Assembly: GCA_040757615.1 (NCBI GenBank)
Contig: JBFLWZ010000001.1
Span: 1-55,794, forward strand
Direction: 5' to 3'
Origin: Thermoproteota archaeon
Lineage (GTDB): Archaea; Thermoproteota; Nitrososphaeria; Nitrososphaerales; Nitrososphaeraceae
Length of the DNA stretch: 55,794 nt
Shown: positions 1 through 9,500 of the stretch, one piece after another
Position numbering within the stretch: the stretch's first letter is position 1
How the letters are laid out: every line of letters begins with the position of its first letter
Notes under the pieces: generated by a model
Told to the model about the DNA's origin: nothing
Database searches by the model: none
Seen by the model: the letters and a program-made list of their open reading frames with translations, nothing else
Translations under genes and position numbers: made by a program

Positions 1-580
1 CCTGATGATCGTGGTAGTGCCCAAGTGCATAGTAGTCGAACCCCGGTGGCAGGTCGGTGGAGTTGAGCTCGCCGGCAAACTTGTTGAAATCCGTCAGCCC
101 CTGATGCAGCACCAAGATCTTCTTTTTGCCTGAATGCTGCTTTGCGACCTGCTCGGCATGGCGCAGCTTTTCCACAAGCGCATCAATGTTGCTCCGCCGC
201 TCCTTGTCCGCTCCAAACACCGCGCAATTGTCCACGATAAATGGCTCGTCATGTTTCAGTTTTTTTGCAAGCCCAAGGTTGCTGTAAATGTGCGGGAAGG
301 GCACGTCGCGCAGGCGGCTCATGTCGTGCTCTCCCAGGACAAAGGCAGCAGGTATTTGCTTCTCCCTGAGTTTTTTCAGCGCATTGCCCAGCGTGATTAT
401 GGCCTTGCCGCATGGCCGCGGGTTGTGAAAAATGTCTCCAGCAAGGATTACAAGCTTGACCCCTTCTTTTATAGAAAGGTCTATGGCTTCATGGAAAGTC
501 TGGTACACATCCTCCTCCCGCTCTTCCAGCCCGAATTGCGCGTAGCTGAGGTGGAGGTCAGAGATGTGGGAGATAAGCAT
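1..580 (-). CDS. mre11: Mre11 DNA double-strand break repair nuclease, 5' part (runs off window start)
   Basis: Not in ORF track. Minus-strand ATG at 580 reads MLISHISDLHLSYAQFGLEEREEDVYQTF (metallophosphoesterase DxH motif). Lies downstream of nurA-herA. Confidence 0.9.
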   Translation of the reverse strand, partial: MLISHISDLHLSYAQFGLEEREEDVYQTFHEAIDLSIKEGVKLVILAGDIFHNPRPCGKAIITLGNALKKLREKQIPAAFVLGEHDMSRLRDVPFPHIYSNLGLAKKLKHDEPFIVDNCAVFGADKERRSNIDALVEKLRHAEQVAKQHSGKKKILVLHQGLTDFNKFAGELNSTDLPPGFDYYALGHYHDHQ

Positions 581-763
581 CAGATACTAGCGTGAACTGT
601 AATAGGATTTAAAGTGTTACACTTTACAGGCGTTTGTATAAAACATCGGTGACTGCCGACATCGCCAATATTTCGATTTTGATTCAGGATTGTTATTATT
701 AGGGTCTAGATGTCCATAAATAGTAGTAAAGTAAAACAATACTACAGGTAAGATAAAAAGCAG

Positions 764-1033
764 ATGGCACAAGAAACAGAGATTACAACCATGAGCGAGA
801 AGGGACAGGTAGTCATTCCGCAAAAGATACGCAAAAGCCTAAAAATTAAACCCAGAACAAAATTTGCCGTCTATGCAAAAAATGACATGATAATAATGAA
901 GGCATTTGAAGTGCCCAGCCTTGAAAAGCAATGGGCAGAAATATTCGACATCGCAGACAAGAAGAATTTGAAAATTAGTGAGAAAGAAGTACGTGACGAG
1001 ATACAGTCATACAGAGCAGCAAAAAGAAAGTAA
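764..1033 (+). CDS. AbrB/MazE/SpoVT-family antitoxin
   Basis: MSEKGQVVIPQKIRKSLKI swapped-hairpin motif; directly upstream of a PIN gene. Confidence 0.88.
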   Translation: MAQETEITTMSEKGQVVIPQKIRKSLKIKPRTKFAVYAKNDMIIMKAFEVPSLEKQWAEIFDIADKKNLKISEKEVRDEIQSYRAAKRK

Positions 1034-1044
1034 AAACTAACTCT

Positions 1045-1373
1045 ATGCTAAGAATTGTGCTTGACACTAATGTTCTTGTTAGTGCAACCATCTCGACAGG
1101 TAGAGCACGTGACCTTCTCAGATTAGCCATACAAGGACAATACCTATTGATTAATTCTAAAGAAACCATTGAAGAATTTGTAGAAGTTCTTCAGCGACCC
1201 AAGTTCAAGATGACTAGGAGCGAGATCGCCAAGACAAGGAACCTTCTAAGCAAGACTGGAAAAACTATCAAGGTCACACAGTATCAGGTGATCCCCATTT
1301 GCTATTCCTTTCAAAATATAAAAGCATAGAAATTGTAACAGTCAATGAAATGCTAAAGAAGCTTGGATATTGA
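1045..1373 (+). pseudogene. PIN-domain TA toxin with internal deletion and frameshift
   Basis: N-terminus RIVLDTNVLVSA. The expected C-terminus VSGDPHLLFLSKYKSIEIVTVNEMLKKLGY* is in another frame (1281-1373), and the usual DPDD..LE.A..ADYI segment is missing. Confidence 0.8.
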
Positions 1374-1405
1374 ATACTATCGCCATTATGGATCGAAAGA
1401 CTCCT

Positions 1406-2968
1406 CTATAGATTGATAGACCCGTCTTCAATATAGCCTGACGGAACGTACGAATCTGAAGCTTCCTTTGCAACTTTTTTCATTGCAGCCAACTGGCTCC
1501 ACTCTTCGACTGCCTTTTGGTCTCCGCCTATCTTGCGCTCCTTTACTTCGTCGACCTTGACGAACGTAGGTAGGTTGACCCACTGGCCGGCAAATATCGC
1601 TTCGCCGGGGTTGAGCGACGTCAGCTGGTCTATCAGGTCCCTGCTGAGCGCTTCACTTGCGGCTGAAACATGCGCCTGGTCATCCTGCTGGATCATGCGC
1701 ATCACTGCAAGTGAGCCCATCTGGCTCAGGATGTTGGCGTCTATCCCCCTAGGCCGCTGCGACACTATGACTAGCCCGAGGCCAAACTTGCGCCCTTCTC
1801 GTGCCACCTTTGAGGCGAAATATTTCGTGTCCGTGTCCTCGTCCCTTGGTATAAAGACGTGCGCTTCTTCTACAACTACGAGCACAGGAGCCGGGAACAG
1901 CGGCGGCGACTTTGCAGTGCCCTTCTTTTGCCTAGTCGCCTTTTTGCGATCGTCCAGCAGCTCTTCAAGGTAGAAAGAGACCGCAATGTTGGCCTGTCTC
2001 TCTGTCAGCTCTACTAAATTGATGACGTTTATCTTACCGTTCTTGACAAGGGCCAGAGGGTCGGCCATGCCAGGGTCAAGGATATTGTGGAACTTGCGCC
2101 TTGCGTCGTCAATCTTGTCTACAACCTTGGCTGCTGCCTCACGGTAGGCCTTGTCGGCTCCGGCCGCCGCGGCGGCATTGATGAGGGCCTCCCAAAAGTC
2201 GTCGCCCTTGCGCTGCTTTACCTCTTCGGTAAAGGCGACGCGCAGAACATGCATCTGGTTGGATGCATTTTCCTGAATTTCAATGACTTCGGCAAGCTTG
2301 TCCGCAGACAACAGCCGCGGGTTTATCCTCGCGTCCATAAGGTTGCTGTTGCTGCCCATGTCAAGAGTCGAGTAGTCGTCGTGGTAGTCAAATACCACCA
2401 TGGTGCCGTTTATCCGTGCGATCTCCTTGGCCAGCAGGGAAACGAGGTTGCTCTTGCCCATGCCCGTCATTGCAAGCACCGCAAGGTGACGGGAGACTAT
2501 TTTGTCGACGTTAACTCGTGCGTCTACTTCAGTATTGCGAAGAAGAGTGCCAATCCTTATCCATTCTTTACCTGCAGGCGCAAATATAGTAGTCAGGTCC
2601 TGTGCCGATGCTTCATAGACTTCAGTGCCCGGCTCGGGCGGCAATGCAGGAAGTATCGCCTTGCATTTTTTCAATTCATCAAGATATCCCAGGATGCGCA
2701 CATGACCTTTGTAGCTCTTGTCCCGTCCGTTCGCTGCTGCAACTTCCTTGCTCTCTGATGCCTCTTCGTAATTGCGGATATTGCTTCCAAGCGCGTCGCT
2801 GCTGATGGACGAGCTTTCGACGAGGCCAAGCACTTTTCCCTTGCCGTAAGCGAGGATCACGTATTCACCAATGCTGACCGGCCTTTTCGATTCAAATGTG
2901 ACCTGGTCGGGCTTGGCAGTCCCGATGAGAATGCCCAGCTCTTGTTGTTGATCTTCTTTATTATTCAT
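1406..2968 (-). CDS. herA: HerA bipolar DNA helicase/translocase
   Basis: HAS-barrel N-terminus, Walker A AMTGMGKS, VVVEEAH, REGRKFG, SQRP motifs; adjacent to nurA. Confidence 0.93.
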   Translation of the reverse strand: MNNKEDQQQELGILIGTAKPDQVTFESKRPVSIGEYVILAYGKGKVLGLVESSSISSDALGSNIRNYEEASESKEVAAANGRDKSYKGHVRILGYLDELKKCKAILPALPPEPGTEVYEASAQDLTTIFAPAGKEWIRIGTLLRNTEVDARVNVDKIVSRHLAVLAMTGMGKSNLVSLLAKEIARINGTMVVFDYHDDYSTLDMGSNSNLMDARINPRLLSADKLAEVIEIQENASNQMHVLRVAFTEEVKQRKGDDFWEALINAAAAAGADKAYREAAAKVVDKIDDARRKFHNILDPGMADPLALVKNGKINVINLVELTERQANIAVSFYLEELLDDRKKATRQKKGTAKSPPLFPAPVLVVVEEAHVFIPRDEDTDTKYFASKVAREGRKFGLGLVIVSQRPRGIDANILSQMGSLAVMRMIQQDDQAHVSAASEALSRDLIDQLTSLNPGEAIFAGQWVNLPTFVKVDEVKERKIGGDQKAVEEWSQLAAMKKVAKEASDSYVPSGYIEDGSINL

Positions 2969-3791
2969 TCAGGGCATCCCTCGCACCTTGTTCATGCTGC
3001 AAGCTGAATATGCTTGCGAGCCTGTCTATATCTTCATTACTTATCTTGCAGGTGTTGTGCGCCAGCTTCAGGCAGTACGGATAGCCGGCAACGCTGTGGT
3101 AGCGCAGCTTGTCCAGAATCTTTGAAATTTCTTGTCTGCTTGTCGGCCCCAGAATTTCTATCCTGATCATTGGCGTGTGGTCGCGCAGGCGCGCATAGAC
3201 TTCATAGAGCGGCGCGTGGCGGAACTGCGTCTCCACCGGAACGCTAAAGCCGGCACCCATACCGGCGTGCCCATAATAGTAAATGTCGCCGGCCCTCGAC
3301 CCCATGTTCCCGAACTGGAGCCGGCTCTCGGAACTCTTTGAGATAAAGATGCAGTCGTTGCATTTCTTGACCATTTCAGATGCAACTTCAGGAGTGCTCC
3401 GTAGCAGCCTCGAAACAAGCGACCCGTCGACACAGACAATGTCGACTTTATCTGAGGCCTTTTGCGCTACTGATGCTTCCATCGCCATCGCTTTCGATTC
3501 CAGAAAATCGGCTCTTGCAGAGCTTACAATGTCATGATCCCACTCCGCAGCAAGGATCTTGTTTGCGCTCGTTACGGCGACAGCATCCACGACATAAAGT
3601 TGCAAACCCTGTAACGCCCGCTTGTTCCAGCTGCTGTCGATGCCAGCTGATTCACATTTTTCTGGCGACGGCTCGTAAGGAACCCAGCGCAATGATGCTT
3701 CTGATAATATTTTGTCAAAGTTTGAATCCTTTACTTTGGATATCTTGGCGTCCCTGCTCTTCAGAGCGTCAAGGAAAACTTGATTGAGCAA
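2961..3791 (-). CDS. nurA: NurA nuclease
   Basis: GIDSS, VDGS and GYPYCLKLAHN motifs; overlaps herA start. Confidence 0.9.
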   Translation of the reverse strand: MLNQVFLDALKSRDAKISKVKDSNFDKILSEASLRWVPYEPSPEKCESAGIDSSWNKRALQGLQLYVVDAVAVTSANKILAAEWDHDIVSSARADFLESKAMAMEASVAQKASDKVDIVCVDGSLVSRLLRSTPEVASEMVKKCNDCIFISKSSESRLQFGNMGSRAGDIYYYGHAGMGAGFSVPVETQFRHAPLYEVYARLRDHTPMIRIEILGPTSRQEISKILDKLRYHSVAGYPYCLKLAHNTCKISNEDIDRLASIFSLQHEQGARDALNE

Positions 3792-3911
3792 GCTGCTTTA
3801 TGCTTGTTTTGGGTAACTTAAAAAATTGCCGACGTAGATATCGATTGAATATATTGCGTACAGGTCATCAATTATTAGTATTTTCATTCTTGATCTGAAA
3901 GCCGGCGAGAC

Positions 3912-5024
3912 TCATGTCGGCATTCCTGCATAATCTGTCAATAGGCTGACAAAAAATTTCTGGAACGCCTCATTGTCTGCAACCTGTTCTCCATAGATCC
4001 CAAGTACAATTGATCTTCCCATCTGATAATCCAGATAATAGGTAGCAATCACCATCTTGTCACTGCCGTATAGAGAAGCGTTGTCGACAGTCGCATTGTA
4101 ATCTACGATGACCCTTGCATTTGGATTCGTAATATACTGCTCCTCTGAATGAATATAGCCAAATGGATTGTTTCCAAAGCTTATCTTGCACGAGTAGCAC
4201 AAGAAGTTACTGCCTAGCCACAAAGATGTTTCCTCGGCCCACCTCTCCTTTACACTTTTTTTCGCAGACTTGCCGTCAAATTCCCAATCATGGCCCTTTA
4301 CAAGCTGCATCGTATTCGATGCACTGTCATACCGAACTTCCGCATAAAGAATATTTGCATTCAATGCAATTAGTGTACCACCATTTGCTACATACTCTTT
4401 CAGAACATCATATTCTCTCTGTGTAACATATTCCTGGTGATCAAGGATGACAACATCATACTTTTTCATCGCGCTATCCTTGCCACGCAAAAGTATGTTG
4501 TCATCATAAGTATCAAGATCAATATCGGTCAAAACAGTAACATTTGTTGAGTTATTGATATTCTGTATGTGATCAAGGAGGTCGGATATCTTGTCTGTAA
4601 GTTTCTCACTATAATAGATCTTTGGTTTGAGAAGATCGAGATCTGTAGTGACTTCCGCGGAATTTGTATCGTGGTGTTTCCGGTAAAATACATAAAATCC
4701 ATATTTGTAGTATGCCGTTTCCGTAAAAATTGGTTTAATATAGGCTATTTCGAAGTTGCTATCACCAATGTCTTCTGTTCGATTTTCATGCGTTACTATT
4801 TGTCTATCATATGTTTCTAGGCCAGTTCTGTCCATTATGGATTCCTGATCTACCAGATCTACCGATGGATCTTCAAGGGTTCTTGTTAGCAACTGGTCAC
4901 TAGTATTCTGAAGTGCATCAAGATTAGTGCTAGAATTGCCAGATGGATAGACTATGAATACCCCTGCAATAATCGAGCTAGCAAAAATAGTGGCAAGAGT
5001 CAGGCTCAAAACCCATGGTTGCAA
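3912..5024 (-). CDS. Membrane-anchored protein, N,N-dimethylformamidase beta-subunit-like domain
   Basis: N-terminal TM helix; PIFTETAY and YDVVILDHQEYVT..YVANGG motifs recalled from this thaumarchaeal family; AT-rich insert. Confidence 0.6.
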   Translation of the reverse strand: MQPWVLSLTLATIFASSIIAGVFIVYPSGNSSTNLDALQNTSDQLLTRTLEDPSVDLVDQESIMDRTGLETYDRQIVTHENRTEDIGDSNFEIAYIKPIFTETAYYKYGFYVFYRKHHDTNSAEVTTDLDLLKPKIYYSEKLTDKISDLLDHIQNINNSTNVTVLTDIDLDTYDDNILLRGKDSAMKKYDVVILDHQEYVTQREYDVLKEYVANGGTLIALNANILYAEVRYDSASNTMQLVKGHDWEFDGKSAKKSVKERWAEETSLWLGSNFLCYSCKISFGNNPFGYIHSEEQYITNPNARVIVDYNATVDNASLYGSDKMVIATYYLDYQMGRSIVLGIYGEQVADNEAFQKFFVSLLTDYAGMPT

Positions 5025-5161
5025 CGTATTTGTTATTCAGTATTATCCTATAATATTTTCTTCTATAACAAGAAAGGAATCGAACAAATCTTGTCCCATT
5101 GCTGTATTAATGCAAAATCAAAGCAGAAATAATATGCAGCAGGGAGACCATAAACCTGTCG

Positions 5162-6469
5162 TTAACCCCTCATTTTCGCGGCAATCGCGGTGGCATCCCA
5201 GAGCGACCTAGGCTCATCTGCAGGGATTATTGCGCCAGCTTCGATCACTTTGCTTGCAATATTTGCAGCCATTGGCAGTGCGCCGGTTGCACCCGGCGAA
5301 TTGTAGTTGAGCACATGCAGCGAAGAATCGCGCTCCAGCACGAGCGTGTCGGGCACGAACCTGCCGGTCTTGTCTATCACCGACGAGCGTATGCCGGCAG
5401 TCCCGCGCTGGGTGAACGCTCCCGCGCGTATCTGTGGCAGGAATTCGCGCACCCTGTTTATCATGGCAGTCTTTGATAGCGAGCTTTTCAGCTCAGTACT
5501 TGCAAGCGACAGGAACTGCCGGTCAAACACAATCCTGCGAGCGCCGGTCCTCGATGATTCCATTATCTTTGGCAGCATGTCTGCAAGGTTCTTGCGCCAA
5601 GTGTATGCATACGGCCCAAAGACTGGCACGGCGTTTGGCCCCACCTCGCGCCTGCCGTCCGCCCTCACGATCCAGTGAGGGTCGAGGAACGGGTACTCGG
5701 GGTGCTTTGGCACCGAATATATCGACAGCCTTGTCAGGTCATGGTATTGCTCTGGCGCCTGCCAGTATTCGCCCCGGAAATGCAGGTCGGTGTAGGTTTC
5801 CGCAACACCCATCATGTGGGCAATATCCATCGAGCTCCCGCCTGCAGCGTTGACCAGATACTCTGCCCTGATCTGCTCGCCTTGATTCGTCGTTATCGAA
5901 TAAGCGCCCTGACTGTAAGGTAATATCTGCACGGCCCTGTGGCCCAGCAGCAGCTTGCAGCCAAACGATCGGATGTCGTCGAGCAGAGCAAGTGCCAGAG
6001 AGCCATAGTTGACCGACGCATCCTTTGAGCAATAGATAGCAGAAGAACAGCGAACGTTTGGCTCCATCTTTGCAACTTCGTTTTTGTCAAGCAGCTGAAG
6101 CTCGCTTCTGTCAAGGCCGTTTGCCTCTCCCCACTCCATGTATTTGTTCAGCCGGTCGATCCCTTTGTCGTCAAGAGCCACCTCCAGCACGCCGTCGCGC
6201 TTGAACGGCAGGCCCTTGCGATCCGAATATTTCTGCCACATATCGTAGCCAAGCGAGGCAGCCTTGGCAAAGGTCTTTTTCTTTGCCGGGTCGTACAGGA
6301 ACGGGGCGTGGACCTTGCCGGTGTTCCTGCTGCTTGTGTGCTGTGCAATGTTACTTTCCTGCTCTACCAGCACCACGGATTCTGGCTGCTTGGCGTGAGC
6401 CGACAGGAAATAGGCGATAGACGTTCCAAGCACGCCGCCACCAATTATCGCGACCTTGCAGTCCACCAC
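5162..6469 (-). CDS. FAD-dependent oxidoreductase, L-2-hydroxyglutarate oxidase-like
   Basis: IIGGGVLG FAD motif, TSSRNTGKVH, FRGEY, SPGATGA. Start trimmed to GTG near 6469 because the longer ORF overlaps polB. Confidence 0.85.
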   Translation of the reverse strand: MVDCKVAIIGGGVLGTSIAYFLSAHAKQPESVVLVEQESNIAQHTSSRNTGKVHAPFLYDPAKKKTFAKAASLGYDMWQKYSDRKGLPFKRDGVLEVALDDKGIDRLNKYMEWGEANGLDRSELQLLDKNEVAKMEPNVRCSSAIYCSKDASVNYGSLALALLDDIRSFGCKLLLGHRAVQILPYSQGAYSITTNQGEQIRAEYLVNAAGGSSMDIAHMMGVAETYTDLHFRGEYWQAPEQYHDLTRLSIYSVPKHPEYPFLDPHWIVRADGRREVGPNAVPVFGPYAYTWRKNLADMLPKIMESSRTGARRIVFDRQFLSLASTELKSSLSKTAMINRVREFLPQIRAGAFTQRGTAGIRSSVIDKTGRFVPDTLVLERDSSLHVLNYNSPGATGALPMAANIASKVIEAGAIIPADEPRSLWDATAIAAKMRG

Positions 6470-6534
6470 ACTTGCTTGAAGTAGCGAGCAGGATAAAATG
6501 TTTAATATGGATCTATTCAAGATGGTGTATCGTG

Positions 6535-9500
6535 ATGACCCAGCAGCAGGATTTTGTGCCCGACCGGAGGAAGAGGCTGGACGACCTGCCGGAGATGCCG
6601 GAGGGCAGGCCGATGCTGCTGCTTTCTGCAGTGTATTCAGGTGAAGAGAAAAAGATCTACCTGAAATTCTATGATCCAAAAGATAATGTAATCTATCACT
6701 GGCGTGACAGGACCGACCACAAACCATATTGCTATACAAAGATGGAGTTTGCCGACCAGGCCGAGCAGGTCGCGCAAAAGGAGACCAAGTACACGCTCGA
6801 GCACACCAAAAAGCGCGACATCATTGCCGACAAGGAGATCGAAGTGCTCAAGGTGCTTGCGCCTGACCCGCTGTCGATAGGCGGCACCGACTATAGCTTT
6901 CGCGAAAAGGTCAATTCTTGGGAGGCTGACATAAAATATCACGAGAACTATCTCTATGACCGCTCGCTGATACCCGGCCTTTACTACGTGAGAAAGGACG
7001 AGCAGATAACGCTGTTTGAATACCCGATATCGGAAAAAGTCCAGTTTGCCCTCAAGAGCCTGCTTTGGGACAAGATAAAGGAGGCCGGCGAGTCAGGCAA
7101 GGAGTACAGGCAGTACATCACCAACTGGGCCAACCTGCTCAACCAGCCGGTGCCAGAGCTCAAGCGGGTGGCGGTAGACATTGAAGTGGAGACAGAAGAG
7201 GGCAGGATGCCAAACCCCCGGGACCACGACAGGCGTGTGACCGCAGTCGGCTTTGCCGCAAGCGACGGCTTTAAAAAAGTGCTGGTGCTTGCAAGTAACA
7301 CTCCAAGCACAGGTGAGCCGCTCATCCCTGAGGCAGAGCTCTGCAACACCGAAAAGGAGCTTTTAGAAAAGGCGTTCCGGATAATCAACGAATATCCCAT
7401 CATTCTTACGTTCAACGGCGACGACTTTGACCTGCCGTACCTTTATGCTCGATCACAAGATCCAAGGATTGACCCAAAGGGCGTGGCGATCCCGAAGGAG
7501 AAGGTGCCCATCGTGGTCAAGAAAGAGTCGTTTATCAAGCGCGGGATGCAGGCAGAGCCTGTCGGCATCAGGCACGGCATCCACATCGACCTTTACAGGA
7601 CGTTTGACAACCGCTCGATCCAGATCTATGCGTTCAGCCGCGCGTACACCGAGCACACGCTGAACGCAATCTGCGAAGCGCTGCTCAACGACAGCAAGGT
7701 CGAGTTCGAGGGCGATATTGCAGACCTGCCGATCCAGAAATTGGCAGAATACTGTCTCAAGGATGCCGACCTCACGTACAGGCTGACAAGTTTCAATGAC
7801 AACCTGCTGATGCGGCTGCTGGTGGTAATCGCAAGGATCGGCCGATTGTCCGTAGACGACATTGCGCGCTTTGGGGTGAACCAGTGGATCAGGGGAATTT
7901 TGTATTACGAGCACAGGCAGCGTAACGAGCTGATACCTAGCAGGAGCGAGCTGGAGGCCAAGGGCACTGCTTCCACCACTGCTGTGATAAAGGAAAAGAA
8001 ATACCGCGGGGGCGAAGTGGTCGAGCCTACAGCCGGCATCCACTTCAATGTGGTCGTTCTGGACTTTGCCAGTTTGTATCCTAGCATCATCAAGGTCCAC
8101 AACCTATCGTATGAAACCATCAACTGCCCCCACGACGAGTGCAGGGAGACCAAGATCGAGGGCACTACCCACTGGGTCTGCAAGCGGAGAAAGGGTCTGA
8201 CGTCATTGCTGATAGGATCGCTTCGTGATCTCAGGGTCAACTATTACAAGCACCTTGCAAAGGACAAGACGCTACCGCCGCAGGAACGCCAGCTGTACAA
8301 CGTGGTAAGCCAAGCGATCAAGGTAATTCTTAATGCCTGTTTTACTGCCGATACCGATGTCCTGACGCCCGATGGCATTCGAAAAATTACTGATCTAAAA
8401 GTAGGTGACAAGGTATACACGCTAAATGAAAGAACCCACAAAGTGGAGGTAAAGCCGGTAGTCGAGGTCCAGCACTATGTGTACAACGATCAACTGGTAC
8501 AGATCAAGACCAAAGATGTCGATTGGCAGGTTACAGGAAACCACAAGCTTTACCTAGGTAAACGCAAATGGGGAGCAAACGGGACAACAAAAATAGAATT
8601 TGCCAAGATCGATGCCTCTGATGCAGCAAATGCAGCCGGAAAGCGATTTTTGTTCAGGCATGAAAAGATAATAGACGATAATGCCAAGCTCGACTCGTGC
8701 AGTCTCTGGAAGTACGTTCCGGACTACCAAGGTACAATCATAATAAGACCAAACAAGAGGTATGAGAGAAGGTTTGCAAACTCTCCAAGATTTACTCACT
8801 ATGAGTTTGCCAGCAAGCTTAGACGCTCCAAAGGAGGCCATTATTATCTAGCTTCAAAATCCCTTATCGATAGCGTCTCATCAAGTCCGCAGGAATTTGA
8901 GGACAAGTATGATTGCAAAATATTTGTGAAAAATTTTCCTGCCAGTCAGAGTAGTTATACTGGATGGAATTTCAAACCTTCCGCGATCTTTGAGCTGATG
9001 GGCTGGTACGTCACAGAGGGCCACGCAAGGATAGGCAAGTCCAAGAGAGGATACAATTTTACAAGAATTGCCATAAGTCAGGATTCAAAACATGCCGCGA
9101 ACGTAAGCAGAATAGCTTCCAGGATTCAAGAACTTGGAATAAAGCCAGAGAAGCAAAATGGCAGGTCATTATCGTTTAGCTCACATATTATTGCCAATTT
9201 CCTGATGAAGGAATGTGGAAAGGGAAGCTATAACAAACATTTGCCCCCATTTGTTTTTTCAGCGCCAATTGAGCTTCGCAAGATATTATTTGAAACTATG
9301 ATGTGTGGGGATGGCAACACCAAGAGGGGAGTATACTCGACAATATCATCCAAGCTTGCAGAGGACTTCCGTCACCTAGCCTTTACACTGGGAATAGAAA
9401 CCTCGGTAGCTAGGGAGAGATTGAAGAGCGGCTCTGTGATTTTCAGAGTAAAGTTGTTCAAGCGGCAGCACCATATAGTCAGACCAAGCGATTTTACGCT

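Noticed and set aside
134-595. 153-aa plus-strand ORF in the track
   Set aside because: Antisense shadow of mre11, whose motifs are on the minus strand.
6470-6739. N-terminal extensions of the lhgO-like ORF (to 6739) and polB (from 6472)
   Set aside because: They would overlap head-to-head; motifs and a TATA box support starts near 6469 and 6535.
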